The translations under genes were made by a program, and so were the position numbers. Below the pieces are notes generated by a model. It made no database searches. It was given only the letters and a program-made list of their open reading frames with translations, and was not told the DNA's origin. Shown in pieces: positions 1-10,160 of a stretch of DNA of 59,591 bases. The stretch comes from an uncultured Bacilli bacterium (GTDB lineage: Bacteria > Bacillota_I > Bacilli_A > RF39 > UBA660): contig CANRNO010000005.1 of NCBI GenBank assembly GCA_947632065.1, forward strand, positions 1 to 59,591, written 5' to 3'. Position 1 is the stretch's first letter. Every line of letters starts with the position of its first letter.

Positions 1-178
1 CCCCTTTATTTGTAGAACTTTCTTCTTAAATTTAATAACTATCTATCTAGTGGAAGTTATTTTTTAATTCAACCATTGCTTAAAATCCAATTAATATATA
101 TAGTTTAATGCTTGTTTAGAATTTGATTTTACCTTTATTTTATGGTATAATTAGTAACAATTTAGGGGTGAATTGGTT

Positions 179-3100
179 ATGATGGATATTATCAGAAAGA
201 ATAAAGAGAAAGTTGATAATGTTTTAGAAAAATTAAATTCTTCTAATTATGATTTTAATAAAGAAGAAATATTTTTGATTTTAAATGAAAAGTCATTACA
301 AAATAAAGTTTTTTCTATTATGATGAATGATGATAATATATGGAATTATCCTATTGTATATAAAGTTAGAAATTATGTTGGAAATAATATAGATTTTGCA
401 TATAAATATGTAATAAAAGATATTAATAGTGGAGTATTTTCTTTAATAAATAATGATGTTGATAAAGATGAATGGGAACATGATAAGATACCTTTATTAG
501 AAGAATTATTAATTGAAAAACTTAGAGATCCAAATTATGAGTTGGAAAGGTTAGAAGTACCTGACTTAATATTGGGTGATATATTGGATGTTATGTTAGA
601 GACTCAAAGATATGATGATATTAAAAAACTTTATTTAAATAAAAATACTATTGATTTAGAAATGTTTGATAAACTTATGATACCATTTGAAAAAGGTATA
701 GTTTATAAATTACCTCATTTTAATATAAATGATTTAGATGAAGAAGAAATAATGGAAAAATATAATATTTCTGTTTTACCATTAGAGATTTTAGACTATT
801 TTGAAGATGGTTATGATTATGACTTTTTTTGTAAGAAATTAGAAAATAACCCTAAAGAATTTTATTATTTTGAAGATGAAAATATAAAATTGTTTTCTGT
901 TTTAAAAAGAGCAACAGTAGAAGAAAAAAGAAATTTAATATCTTTATTTTTAAAAAATGATTATTATGAACCGTTTTTTATGTATGATTTGAATGATTTA
1001 CTTAGCGATGATGATATTGATAGTATATCTAAATCTATTGTTAGAAGAAAAGAAAGTATTAGTAGTCATAATTTTTTTAGAAATAAAAATATTCTTTTTA
1101 AGAATGAGAAAATTATTTCATCTTTTATAAAAGTTTGTGATTTTTCTACTGCTTTTTGTGGTGTTGATAATATAAATGATTATAAAAAAGTAATTAAAAA
1201 GTATGAAAAAGAAATAATACGTGCTGTTGATAATTGTGATAAAAAACTTGATTCAGTAGATGTTGATATAAGAGATATTTATGAATTTCCTGAAATTATA
1301 AAAGCTTTTATTAGACATGATCCTTCATTAGAAATTTTATCTTTTATATTTCCTAGTAAATTATATGATTCTAATAAGGAAATTAGAATGATGATAGATG
1401 ATATTCTATTAAACTCTGATATAGATGATATAAAATATATTCCTGATAATAGAAATTTAATATATAAACTTTTAAAAAATAAAAAGTATGAATTTTTTAA
1501 AGAAATATGTATAGATTATTTTAGAGATAAAGAGTTTATTTCTGCCTTATATGATGCTTTTGAAGATGGTAATTTATATTTTATTAGTAGTATTTTATCA
1601 AATAGTATGGAAATAATTCTGAATGATAAATTTTTAGATTCAATTTTGTATAATAAATATTTTACACGTATAATTGTTGATAGAATAATTTATGATGGAA
1701 GTGTAAAATATTATACTGATGAGATATATAATTTCTATAAAGAAGATATAGCAAAGGAATTCTTTTTAGAAAAAGATGTTATGGATAAAATAAAGAAAGT
1801 ATTTGGTGTTTCTATATTACAGGATTTTGGTAGTTTTGGAAGTTATGATAATGTTTCTAATACAGAAAGATTATTTGATTTAGATAGTGAAGAGTTAGAT
1901 AAAATTTTAAATTTATTTTCAACTGAGGAATATACTATTCATGATTTAGAAGGTGTATATGATGCTTTAAAACAATATCAATTTTCTAAGATGTTTCCTG
2001 AAATTATTAATATATATTCTTATTTTATAAGTTCTATTGAGGATGATGATTATGCTAGATTAGAAAGTATTATTAATGAATTGAAATCTGTAATGGATGA
2101 GAAGTTCTTTAAACAATTTAGAGAAAAGTATGAAGATGTTTATAATTTGGTGAAACTTGATAAAAATTTATTATTTTCATATATTATTTATAATATTAAA
2201 AATGGTGTTTATGATACAGATATTATTCATTTTATTACTAATTATTATATTGCTAGTAAGCGTTGTGAATATAGAGAAAATAGTAATATGATAGAGGAGT
2301 TAAAGCTTCCTTTTACATTTAGATCTAAAGATGTAAAGAATTTCTTTCCGAAAGAGGCGTTAAAGAGAAATTTATTAGTTGGTGATATGAATTTAAGAGA
2401 CTATATTATTACAAATATTGATATGGATAAAAATATAGTAAATAAGTGTATTGATTATTATATTGGAAAAAGTGATTTTATAGATAATGATATTAAAAAT
2501 AATATGCCTTTAATTATTAAGAGTGTAAAAAGTGTACTTAATAAATATTATAGTTATGATGAACAAGTAGAGTTTACTAAAAAGTATGAGAATAATACTT
2601 TAGATAAGAAGCCTCTTGTTATAAAAAATAATGATAAGAATTATGAAATATTACAAGATTTGAATATACCTTTTATAATTCATAATGTTTTAAATAGTGA
2701 TAGTTATGATAGTTTGGTTAAGGTTATAAATAAGTATAAAGTTAATCAAATTCCTGAATGTTTTGATGTTATGCTTGAAGAAGGTAATTATAATTTTGAG
2801 TGGAATAATAGGATTTTTTCAAATTTTGTTAGTTTTTATCCTAAGATTTTTAATAATTTAAAGAAAAATAATATTGATAGTGACTCCAGTATTATAGATG
2901 TTTTTATAAATTCTAATATGTATGGAGAGGTAAAAGATTTTTATCAGAGTGTTTTAGGGGATAAAAGTTATTATTTAATTAAGAGTAATCCATCTCCTAA
3001 TTCTGCATCTTTACCTTTTGAGGATAGAATAAATAGTGCTTATGAGTATGTTGTTAATTCTTTTAAAAGAATTAATGTTACTGTTCCTACTTTTAATGAG

Positions 3101-3961
3101 ACTATTAAATCTAATAGTGGAAAAACTCTTAGAGTTATATTAGGTAATTTTACTCATGAGGATGCGATTGTTTATGGAGAAAAAGATGGTTCTTGTTTTA
3201 GAATTGGAGGAGTAGAAGATAGTTTTTATAATTTTTGTTTTACTAATGAAAATGGATTTACTGTAAGAATAGAAAATCCTATTACTGGAGAATATATTTC
3301 TCGTATTTCAGGATTTAGAAATGGTAATAGTGTATTTTTAAACCAATTAAGATTTAGTCATGATGAAGAAGTTAGTAATCAAGATTTAATTGATGTTACT
3401 TATACTATTGGAGAAAAGTTAGTAGAGTATAGTAAAAATGATAAAAGACCAATTGAAAATGTATTTATTAGTTCAGATAAGGTATTTTATGAAAAAGATG
3501 AAAGAGAATTTGATTTTTCTATTAATGATACAAATATTAAAAAAGGATATCCTTCTTTTATAACAGATATTGTTGAAAGGGGAATTGTACTTGCGAGTGT
3601 TTCTAAAGATTTTAAAGATATAAAATTGGATTTTGATAAAGAAGATATGCCAAGATATTTGCCTGCTAGATGTGAGATACAACAAGGTAAATATTTAAAA
3701 AGTGAAATAGAGAGAATTCATAGTATTAATCTAATTATTAAAGATTGTGAAGAGGTTGAACCTTTAGAATTTGATAGTAAAATAAAATATACTATATGTA
3801 ATAAGGATTGGTATATTTGTGTTGATGAGGATAATAGAGTGTATGCTGAGATAATTGATATTGATAAAAGAGCATTTGTAGAGTTTGAAAAGTGTTATGA
3901 TATGGTTTTAGATAAATATAATATAGGAAAAGATGATTATAAAAAATTAATAAAAATGTAA
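179..3961 (+). CDS. Large (about 1260 aa) hypothetical protein, apparently cytoplasmic, rich in D/E/N/K/I/Y
   Basis: Uninterrupted 3.8-kb ORF. The track start at 173 is TTG, but AGGGGTG (164-170) lies 8 nt before ATG 179. No signal peptide, TM helix or family motif that I can recognise. Confidence 0.6.
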   Translation: MMDIIRKNKEKVDNVLEKLNSSNYDFNKEEIFLILNEKSLQNKVFSIMMNDDNIWNYPIVYKVRNYVGNNIDFAYKYVIKDINSGVFSLINNDVDKDEWEHDKIPLLEELLIEKLRDPNYELERLEVPDLILGDILDVMLETQRYDDIKKLYLNKNTIDLEMFDKLMIPFEKGIVYKLPHFNINDLDEEEIMEKYNISVLPLEILDYFEDGYDYDFFCKKLENNPKEFYYFEDENIKLFSVLKRATVEEKRNLISLFLKNDYYEPFFMYDLNDLLSDDDIDSISKSIVRRKESISSHNFFRNKNILFKNEKIISSFIKVCDFSTAFCGVDNINDYKKVIKKYEKEIIRAVDNCDKKLDSVDVDIRDIYEFPEIIKAFIRHDPSLEILSFIFPSKLYDSNKEIRMMIDDILLNSDIDDIKYIPDNRNLIYKLLKNKKYEFFKEICIDYFRDKEFISALYDAFEDGNLYFISSILSNSMEIILNDKFLDSILYNKYFTRIIVDRIIYDGSVKYYTDEIYNFYKEDIAKEFFLEKDVMDKIKKVFGVSILQDFGSFGSYDNVSNTERLFDLDSEELDKILNLFSTEEYTIHDLEGVYDALKQYQFSKMFPEIINIYSYFISSIEDDDYARLESIINELKSVMDEKFFKQFREKYEDVYNLVKLDKNLLFSYIIYNIKNGVYDTDIIHFITNYYIASKRCEYRENSNMIEELKLPFTFRSKDVKNFFPKEALKRNLLVGDMNLRDYIITNIDMDKNIVNKCIDYYIGKSDFIDNDIKNNMPLIIKSVKSVLNKYYSYDEQVEFTKKYENNTLDKKPLVIKNNDKNYEILQDLNIPFIIHNVLNSDSYDSLVKVINKYKVNQIPECFDVMLEEGNYNFEWNNRIFSNFVSFYPKIFNNLKKNNIDSDSSIIDVFINSNMYGEVKDFYQSVLGDKSYYLIKSNPSPNSASLPFEDRINSAYEYVVNSFKRINVTVPTFNETIKSNSGKTLRVILGNFTHEDAIVYGEKDGSCFRIGGVEDSFYNFCFTNENGFTVRIENPITGEYISRISGFRNGNSVFLNQLRFSHDEEVSNQDLIDVTYTIGEKLVEYSKNDKRPIENVFISSDKVFYEKDEREFDFSINDTNIKKGYPSFITDIVERGIVLASVSKDFKDIKLDFDKEDMPRYLPARCEIQQGKYLKSEIERIHSINLIIKDCEEVEPLEFDSKIKYTICNKDWYICVDEDNRVYAEIIDIDKRAFVEFEKCYDMVLDKYNIGKDDYKKLIKM

Positions 3962-4026
3962 TATTTTAATTTAGTTTTTATATGTTTTAAAAGTATGATA
4001 TAATTATCTTAGAGGAGTGGTATAAT

Positions 4027-5628
4027 ATGTTGGTTTATATAGTTTTATTTATGATGGGATGTACAGTGTTGTTCCAATCAAAAGGAGCATTACATATGCT
4101 TCAACAAAATCTTTATAATGAAAACAATAGATATTTAAAATGGGTAGGAAAGAATTCTTATATTTTTATAAATTTAGAAATATTAGCTATTTTACTAGTT
4201 TTATATATTTTATATATAAGTGATAATTTTATAAATGTTGTATATGTTTTACTTATATTAATTTATGTTTTTGAGATTATGTCTATTAGAAAAAGACTTG
4301 CAGCTAGTCAAGAGAAAAAACCTCTTGTTATAACTAGTAGAGTTAAAAGATTAATATTTACAACAACAGTTTTATATTTAATACCAGTAGTTATTATTTT
4401 ACTTAATTATTATAATAATAAATTAGTTCTTAAAATGTTATTAGTATTAGAAGTTATGACTTATTTTAATTATATTGTTGTATATATTTCTAATATTATT
4501 AATAAACCTTATGAAAAGGGTGTTTATTATAAGTTTTTACATCAAGCAAAGAAAAAACTTCGTGATATGCCTAATTTAAAAGTAGTTGGTATTACAGGAA
4601 GTTATGGTAAGACTAGCAGTAAAAATATTTTAGCGGATATTTTAAATTATAAATATAATACACTTCCTACACCTAGAAATTTAAATACACCTAATGGACT
4701 TATGATTACTATTAATAATCATATGGATAAGTTTAATGAGGTTTTTATTGCGGAAATGGGTGCTTATAAAAAAGGTGAGATAAAAGAGTTATGTGATTTT
4801 GTTCATCCTAAGTATGGTATTCTTACTAAGATAGGAACTGCTCATCTTGAAAGTTTTGGAAGTGAGAGAAATATTCAAGAGGGTAAGTTTGAGTTGATAG
4901 AGTCTTTACCAGAGGATGGAATTGGTGTTTTAAATGGAGATGATCCTAAACAAGTTAATTATAAACTTAAAAATAATGTTAGAATTGTTTGGATAGGAAT
5001 AGATAATGAAGATGTAGATGTTAGAGCTTGTAATATAAAATGTAATCATAAAGGTACTAGTTTTGATTGTATATTTAAAGGAGATAATAAAAAATATAAA
5101 TTTGAAACTAAGTTATTAGGAAAACATAATGTTTATAACATTTTAGCTGGTATTGCTTTAGGACATGAGTTTGGTATTACACCAGAGGAGTTAATTTCTG
5201 CAGTTAAGGGAGTTAGACCTGTTGAACATAGACTTGAGATTAAACCTCTTAATGGATTTTATATGATAGATGATGCATATAATTCTAATCCTGAGGGTGC
5301 TAAAGGTGCAGTTGAGGTTTTAGGTATGATGCCAGGAGTTAAAGTTGTAGTTACACCTGGAATGATTGAACTTGGTAAAAAAGAGGCTGAGTATAATAAA
5401 ATATTTGGTACTCAGATTGCTGATGTTGCAGACTATGTAGTTTTAATTGGAGAAAATCATACTAAACCAATTTATAAAGGATTAGTTAGTAAAGGTTTTA
5501 ATAAAGATAAAATAATTGTTTATAATGATGTAAGAGATGCTTATAATTTTATTAATGGTTTAATTGGTAAAAAAGATGTATATGCACTTTTTGAGAATGA
5601 TTTACCAGATACTTATAGTGAGAATTAA
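4027..5628 (+). CDS. murF: MurF-type Mur ligase (UDP-MurNAc-tripeptide--D-Ala-D-Ala ligase-like) with an N-terminal membrane domain of about 165 aa
   Basis: Mur ligase motifs: P-loop GITGSYGKTSSK, EMGAYKKGEI, TKIGTAHLESFGS, GKHNVYN, DDAYNSNPEGAKGA, PGMIELGKKE. The first ~165 aa form 4-5 hydrophobic helices. GAGGAG RBS upstream. Confidence 0.7.
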   Translation: MLVYIVLFMMGCTVLFQSKGALHMLQQNLYNENNRYLKWVGKNSYIFINLEILAILLVLYILYISDNFINVVYVLLILIYVFEIMSIRKRLAASQEKKPLVITSRVKRLIFTTTVLYLIPVVIILLNYYNNKLVLKMLLVLEVMTYFNYIVVYISNIINKPYEKGVYYKFLHQAKKKLRDMPNLKVVGITGSYGKTSSKNILADILNYKYNTLPTPRNLNTPNGLMITINNHMDKFNEVFIAEMGAYKKGEIKELCDFVHPKYGILTKIGTAHLESFGSERNIQEGKFELIESLPEDGIGVLNGDDPKQVNYKLKNNVRIVWIGIDNEDVDVRACNIKCNHKGTSFDCIFKGDNKKYKFETKLLGKHNVYNILAGIALGHEFGITPEELISAVKGVRPVEHRLEIKPLNGFYMIDDAYNSNPEGAKGAVEVLGMMPGVKVVVTPGMIELGKKEAEYNKIFGTQIADVADYVVLIGENHTKPIYKGLVSKGFNKDKIIVYNDVRDAYNFINGLIGKKDVYALFENDLPDTYSEN

Positions 5629-5647
5629 AATTTCTCACTTTTTTTAA
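5618..5647 (+). terminator. Rho-independent terminator after murF-like gene
   Basis: GTGAGAA (5618-5624) pairs with TTCTCAC (5632-5638) and is followed by a T-run. The stop codon lies in the loop. Confidence 0.6.
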
Positions 5648-5768
5648 TTTTTTTAAAATTTAATTTTTATATAATTTTTCTTGTGAAATAATTAATTTTA
5701 ATTAGGCAATTTATTATTTTTTAAGTTATAAATCATATAGTTTGATGTAAACTATTGTAAAAAAAGAT

Positions 5769-5797
5769 TTGACAATATTGATTTTGTTGTGTATAAA
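5769..5797 (+). promoter_or_regulatory. Sigma-A type promoter of topA
   Basis: TTGACA (5769-5774), 17-nt spacer, TATAAA (5792-5797), about 20 nt upstream of the GAGGAG RBS. Confidence 0.6.
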
Positions 5798-5818
5798 TGA
5801 ATACGAGGAGATGATACT

Positions 5819-7843
5819 GTGAGTAAAAATTTAGTAATAGTGGAAAGTCCTTCTAAAAGTAAAACAATTGAGAAATATTTAGGTAAGGATTATAAAGTAG
5901 TATCTTCAAAAGGGCATATTAGAGATTTAGCAACCACAGGTAAATATGGTTTGGGTGTTGATATTGAAAATGGATTTGAACCTAACTATAAAACTATTAA
6001 AGGAAAAGGAAATATAGTAAAGGAATTAAAAAAAGATGTTAAAGATAGTGATATGATTTATCTTGCAAGCGACCCTGACCGTGAAGGAGAAGCAATTGCT
6101 TGGCATTTAAAAGAAGCATTAAAGATAAAAGATGATCAATATAAGAGAATTTTATTTCATGAAATTACTAAAGATAAAGTAATAGATGCGATTAATCATC
6201 CTACTGTTATAGATGATAATTTAGTACGTAGTCAAGAGACTAGAAGAATACTTGATCGTATTATTGGATTTAGACTTTCTAAACTTTTACAAAATAAAAT
6301 AGGTGCGAAGAGTGCTGGACGTGTACAAAGTGTTGCTTTAAAACTTATTGTAGATAGAGAAAGAGAAATAGAAGCATTTGTACCTGAAGAGTATTGGAAG
6401 ATAATTGCGAATTTTAAAGATTTTAGTGCGGAACTTTTTAAGTATAAAGATAGTGATATAGAACTACATAGTGAAGATGATACTAAAAAAGTATTAGATA
6501 ATATTGGAGAAGATTATACAATAGAGAGTATAGATAAAAAAGAAAAGAGTAAAAAAAGTAAATTTCCTTTTATTACTTCAACACTGCAACAAGAGGCTTA
6601 TACTAAATTAGGATTTACTGCTAGACGTACTATGTCAGTTGCACAAAAATTATATGAAGGTATTGATTTGGATGAGGGTCGTGTTGGTTTGATTACTTAT
6701 ATGAGAACAGATTCTACTAGACTTTCAGATGAGTTTGTTAAACCTGCTTTTGCATATATCGCTAAGAATTTTGGTAAAGAGTATTTAGGATATGTAAAGA
6801 AAAGTAAGAAAAAAGATAATGTTCAAGATGCACATGAAGGTATAAGACCTACTAGTGTAAATCGTGAACCAATAAAGGTTAAAAAATATTTAACAGATGA
6901 TGAGTTTAAACTTTATAGTTTAATATATAAAAGGACTTTAGCATCCCTAATGGCGGATGCTAAAGTTAATCAGACAACTATAGTTTTAGATAATAATGAT
7001 TATAAATTTAAATCAACAGGTAATATATTGCTTTTTGATGGATATTTAAAAATATATAAAGATTATGAAAAAAGTGAAGATAAAATTTTACCTGATATGA
7101 ATAAGGGAGAAGTTAAGAGTACTAAAGATGTTGATGTTTCTCAACATTTTACTAAACCACCTGCAAGATATACTGAGGCAAAACTTATTCGTGAAATGGA
7201 AGAGTTAGGTATAGGAAGACCTTCTACTTATGCTAAGACAATGGATACTATTAAAGAAAGAGGATATGTAGATGTTGTCGATAAGAAATTTAAACCTACT
7301 GAAATTGGAATTGAGACTACTGATAAATTACAAGAGTTTTTCTCTGATTTAATAAATGTAGAGTATACTAAAAATATGGAAGATGACTTAGATGAGATTG
7401 CTGGTGGTAAGAAGGTTTGGAATAAAATATTAGATGACTTTTATAAATTGTTTGAACCTCGTGTTAAAAATGCTTTTGATAAGTTAGAGAAAAAACCTCC
7501 AGTTGAGACTGGTGAGAAGTGTCCTGAATGCGGAAGTCCTTTAGTTATTAGAAAAGGACGTTATGGAGAATTTGTTGCATGTAGTAATTATCCTGAATGT
7601 AAATATATTAAAAAAGAGAAAAAAGAAGAAAAAGTTATTATGGACTGTCCAGAATGTGATGGAAAAGTAATAGAGAAAAAAACACGTCGTGGTAAGATAT
7701 TCTATGGATGTAATAATTATCCTAAATGTAAGTTTGCTAGTTGGGATAAACCAGTAGAAGAAAAGTGTCCAAAGTGTGGTTCTTTTATGGTAGAGAAAAA
7801 AGATAAAATAAAATGTAGTAAATGTGAATATGAAAAGGATTAG
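5819..7843 (+). CDS. topA: DNA topoisomerase I
   Basis: N-terminal Toprim (LVIVESPSKSKTIEKYLG, SDPDREGEAIAWH), active-site region ITYMRTDS, and three C-terminal CxxC...CxxC zinc ribbons. GTG start 9 nt after GAGGAG. Confidence 0.95.
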   Translation: MSKNLVIVESPSKSKTIEKYLGKDYKVVSSKGHIRDLATTGKYGLGVDIENGFEPNYKTIKGKGNIVKELKKDVKDSDMIYLASDPDREGEAIAWHLKEALKIKDDQYKRILFHEITKDKVIDAINHPTVIDDNLVRSQETRRILDRIIGFRLSKLLQNKIGAKSAGRVQSVALKLIVDREREIEAFVPEEYWKIIANFKDFSAELFKYKDSDIELHSEDDTKKVLDNIGEDYTIESIDKKEKSKKSKFPFITSTLQQEAYTKLGFTARRTMSVAQKLYEGIDLDEGRVGLITYMRTDSTRLSDEFVKPAFAYIAKNFGKEYLGYVKKSKKKDNVQDAHEGIRPTSVNREPIKVKKYLTDDEFKLYSLIYKRTLASLMADAKVNQTTIVLDNNDYKFKSTGNILLFDGYLKIYKDYEKSEDKILPDMNKGEVKSTKDVDVSQHFTKPPARYTEAKLIREMEELGIGRPSTYAKTMDTIKERGYVDVVDKKFKPTEIGIETTDKLQEFFSDLINVEYTKNMEDDLDEIAGGKKVWNKILDDFYKLFEPRVKNAFDKLEKKPPVETGEKCPECGSPLVIRKGRYGEFVACSNYPECKYIKKEKKEEKVIMDCPECDGKVIEKKTRRGKIFYGCNNYPKCKFASWDKPVEEKCPKCGSFMVEKKDKIKCSKCEYEKD

Positions 7844-7931
7844 TATTTTAAGATTTAGGGAAAGATTGTTTTGGTCTTTCTCTTTCCTTTTATTGGTATT
7901 TGTGTTAAAATTTAAGTAGGAGGATGAGGAT

Positions 7932-8852
7932 ATGAGTTCTAGAAATAATAAAAATATGCAATACTTTTTATATATAAATAATAATGGTAGAGAAGTAAAA
8001 CTTGATTATACTTTTAATAGTTTGTTAGATGTTGATCTTGCAACTGCGAAAGTAGATAATCCAAATAATTTATTTAGTGATGCTCCTCAGTTTAAGGATG
8101 ATAGTTTTCTTTTTATTAAAGATTCTAGAGGTAAAAAATATTCTGTAATATATGATAATCCTTTTGTAGTAGAGTATACTAAGGAGAAAAAACGTAATTC
8201 TTTTAATGATGAGACATTGAGGGATTTATATAAATTTTTAAGTAAGATAAAACGTTATATATCTAGTGATAAAAAAGGGTATTTAACTGATTTAGGAAAA
8301 CAAGAAGATATTAATAAATATTTGAATAAACCTTGTGAAGATAGTAATTATAAAATTACAAATGATGATGTTAGAGGACTTATACTTCCACTTGAGGTTA
8401 TTAAAGAGATTGATCAATATGCTTATAGAAAAGAGTTAGTTGATAGAAATACTAATGAGTTTGATGGTGCTTTATTAAAAAGAGAATTTCGTACTATAGA
8501 TGAGACTAGATTTATTGAAAAGATTGTTGGTAATTATAATAATCTTCGTAGTTTAATTGTTTGGGATCAATATTATCCTATTGTAATGGAAAAAGTAGAA
8601 AAGAGAAGAGAATATGAAGAAAAACAAGAAGAGAGAAGACAAAAAGAAATAAAAGAGAGATTAGAGAAAAAAGAAAATAATGAAAGTCATCAAATAACAT
8701 GGCAGGAACATTTAAAAGAAAAAGAAGAAAAAAAACAACAAAGAAAAGAAGAAGGACCTAGAATTTTAAAAAGTGGACAAGTTGTTTTTGATGGTATTCA
8801 TGTTGATCCACGGGACTTGGATTATTCTGATTCTAAAGGCAGAAGAAAATGA
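7932..8852 (+). CDS. Hypothetical protein with a highly charged K/E/R-rich C-terminal half
   Basis: ORF with an AGGAGG RBS. Its stop overlaps the xerC start (ATGA). No recognisable motif. Confidence 0.55.
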   Translation: MSSRNNKNMQYFLYINNNGREVKLDYTFNSLLDVDLATAKVDNPNNLFSDAPQFKDDSFLFIKDSRGKKYSVIYDNPFVVEYTKEKKRNSFNDETLRDLYKFLSKIKRYISSDKKGYLTDLGKQEDINKYLNKPCEDSNYKITNDDVRGLILPLEVIKEIDQYAYRKELVDRNTNEFDGALLKREFRTIDETRFIEKIVGNYNNLRSLIVWDQYYPIVMEKVEKRREYEEKQEERRQKEIKERLEKKENNESHQITWQEHLKEKEEKKQQRKEEGPRILKSGQVVFDGIHVDPRDLDYSDSKGRRK

Positions 8853-9736
8853 AAGATGTTAAGGATTTTTTAGATTATTTAAAATATCAAAAGACTTATT
8901 CTGATTATACAGTTACAAGTTATAATAATGATTTAGAGGAGTATTTAAATTATTTAAATAAGGAAGGTCTTAATTATAAAGATATTAAATATTCTGATAT
9001 TAGATTTTTTCTAATGTATTTAAAAGAAGAAAAGAAGATAAAGAGTTCTTCTATTTCTAGGAAATTAAGTGCAATTAGGGTTTTTTATAATTATTTAGTA
9101 AATAAAGAAATAATAGATAATAATCCTTTTACTTTGGTAAATGGTCCTAAGAAAGAGAAAAAATTACCTCGTTATTTTGAATATAATGAATTAGAAGAGT
9201 TATTTGATGTTCCTGATACATCTACTCCATTAGGTCAAAGAGATTATTTAATTCTTGAGATGCTTTATGCTACTGGAGTTAGAGTTGGAGAACTTGTATC
9301 TATTAAAGTTAATGATATTAATAAATATGATAAGACTATTAAAATACTTGGTAAGGGTAATAAAGAGAGATTTGTTGCTTATGGAGAGTATGCTAGTGAT
9401 GCTTTGGATAAATATTTAAAGGATGGAAGATGTAAATTAAATAAAAACAGTAGTGATTATTTATTTTTAAATCATGTAGGTGGTGTTTTAACAGAACGTG
9501 GTGTTAGATATATACTTAGTAATATTATTAAAGAAACTTCTCTTACTAAAAATATATCTCCTCATATGATTAGACATTCTTTCGCGACTCATTTACTTAA
9601 TGAAGGGTGTGACTTAATTACTGTTCAACAACTTTTAGGACATAGTAGTATTTCTGCAACACAAGTTTATACTCATGTTTCCACTGATAGACTTAAAGAA
9701 GTATATTTTAAAAGCTTTCCAAGAGCGAAAAGATAA
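8849..9736 (+). CDS. xerC: Tyrosine recombinase, XerC/XerD family
   Basis: N-terminal SAM-like domain and catalytic residues in context (ATGVRVGEL, HMIRHSFATHLL, LLGHSSISATQVYTH). Sits after topA, as codV/xerC does in Bacillus. Confidence 0.85.
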   Translation: MKDVKDFLDYLKYQKTYSDYTVTSYNNDLEEYLNYLNKEGLNYKDIKYSDIRFFLMYLKEEKKIKSSSISRKLSAIRVFYNYLVNKEIIDNNPFTLVNGPKKEKKLPRYFEYNELEELFDVPDTSTPLGQRDYLILEMLYATGVRVGELVSIKVNDINKYDKTIKILGKGNKERFVAYGEYASDALDKYLKDGRCKLNKNSSDYLFLNHVGGVLTERGVRYILSNIIKETSLTKNISPHMIRHSFATHLLNEGCDLITVQQLLGHSSISATQVYTHVSTDRLKEVYFKSFPRAKR

Positions 9737-9766
9737 AGTATTTAATTAAAAAGTAAAAAAATTGCT

Positions 9767-9797
9767 AAAAAAGTTCTAATATTAAGGAACTTTTTTG
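9767..9797 (+). terminator. Rho-independent terminator after xerC
   Basis: AAAAAGTTC / GAACTTTTT stem followed by a T-run. Confidence 0.65.
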
Positions 9798-9860
9798 TAT
9801 TTTACTTTAAATTTTTCTTGTTTTTTAGTATAATATTTTTAGTTCAAAGGAAGTGGTTTT

Positions 9861-10160
9861 ATGGATTTTGAATTTAATAGTCAAGAAGAGTTGTTTAAAA
9901 GAGTAAAACCTGCCTTAGAAGCAAAGAGAGTAGAGTTAAATAGACTAGGTGTTAAAAAAGTTAAAATAAAAGATATTTGGGATTATTTAGTGGATGTTAA
10001 ATGGTCATCTGGTCGTGAACTTATGTTATCTGATGTAGTTAGTGATATATTACATCTTGATAATAAAAGATTTAATTCTTATTTGAGAGCAAGAAAAACA
10101 AGAAGAGGAAGAAGTGATGAAAATGAAAGAAGAAAAAAACAAGAAAAAAACAAAAAATAA
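9861..10160 (+). CDS. ComN/YrzD-like post-transcriptional regulator family protein
   Basis: Small protein directly upstream of, and overlapping, secDF, as comN does in B. subtilis. The IWDYLVDVKW...LSDVVSDIL pattern fits my memory of that family. Confidence 0.5.
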   Translation: MDFEFNSQEELFKRVKPALEAKRVELNRLGVKKVKIKDIWDYLVDVKWSSGRELMLSDVVSDILHLDNKRFNSYLRARKTRRGRSDENERRKKQEKNKK

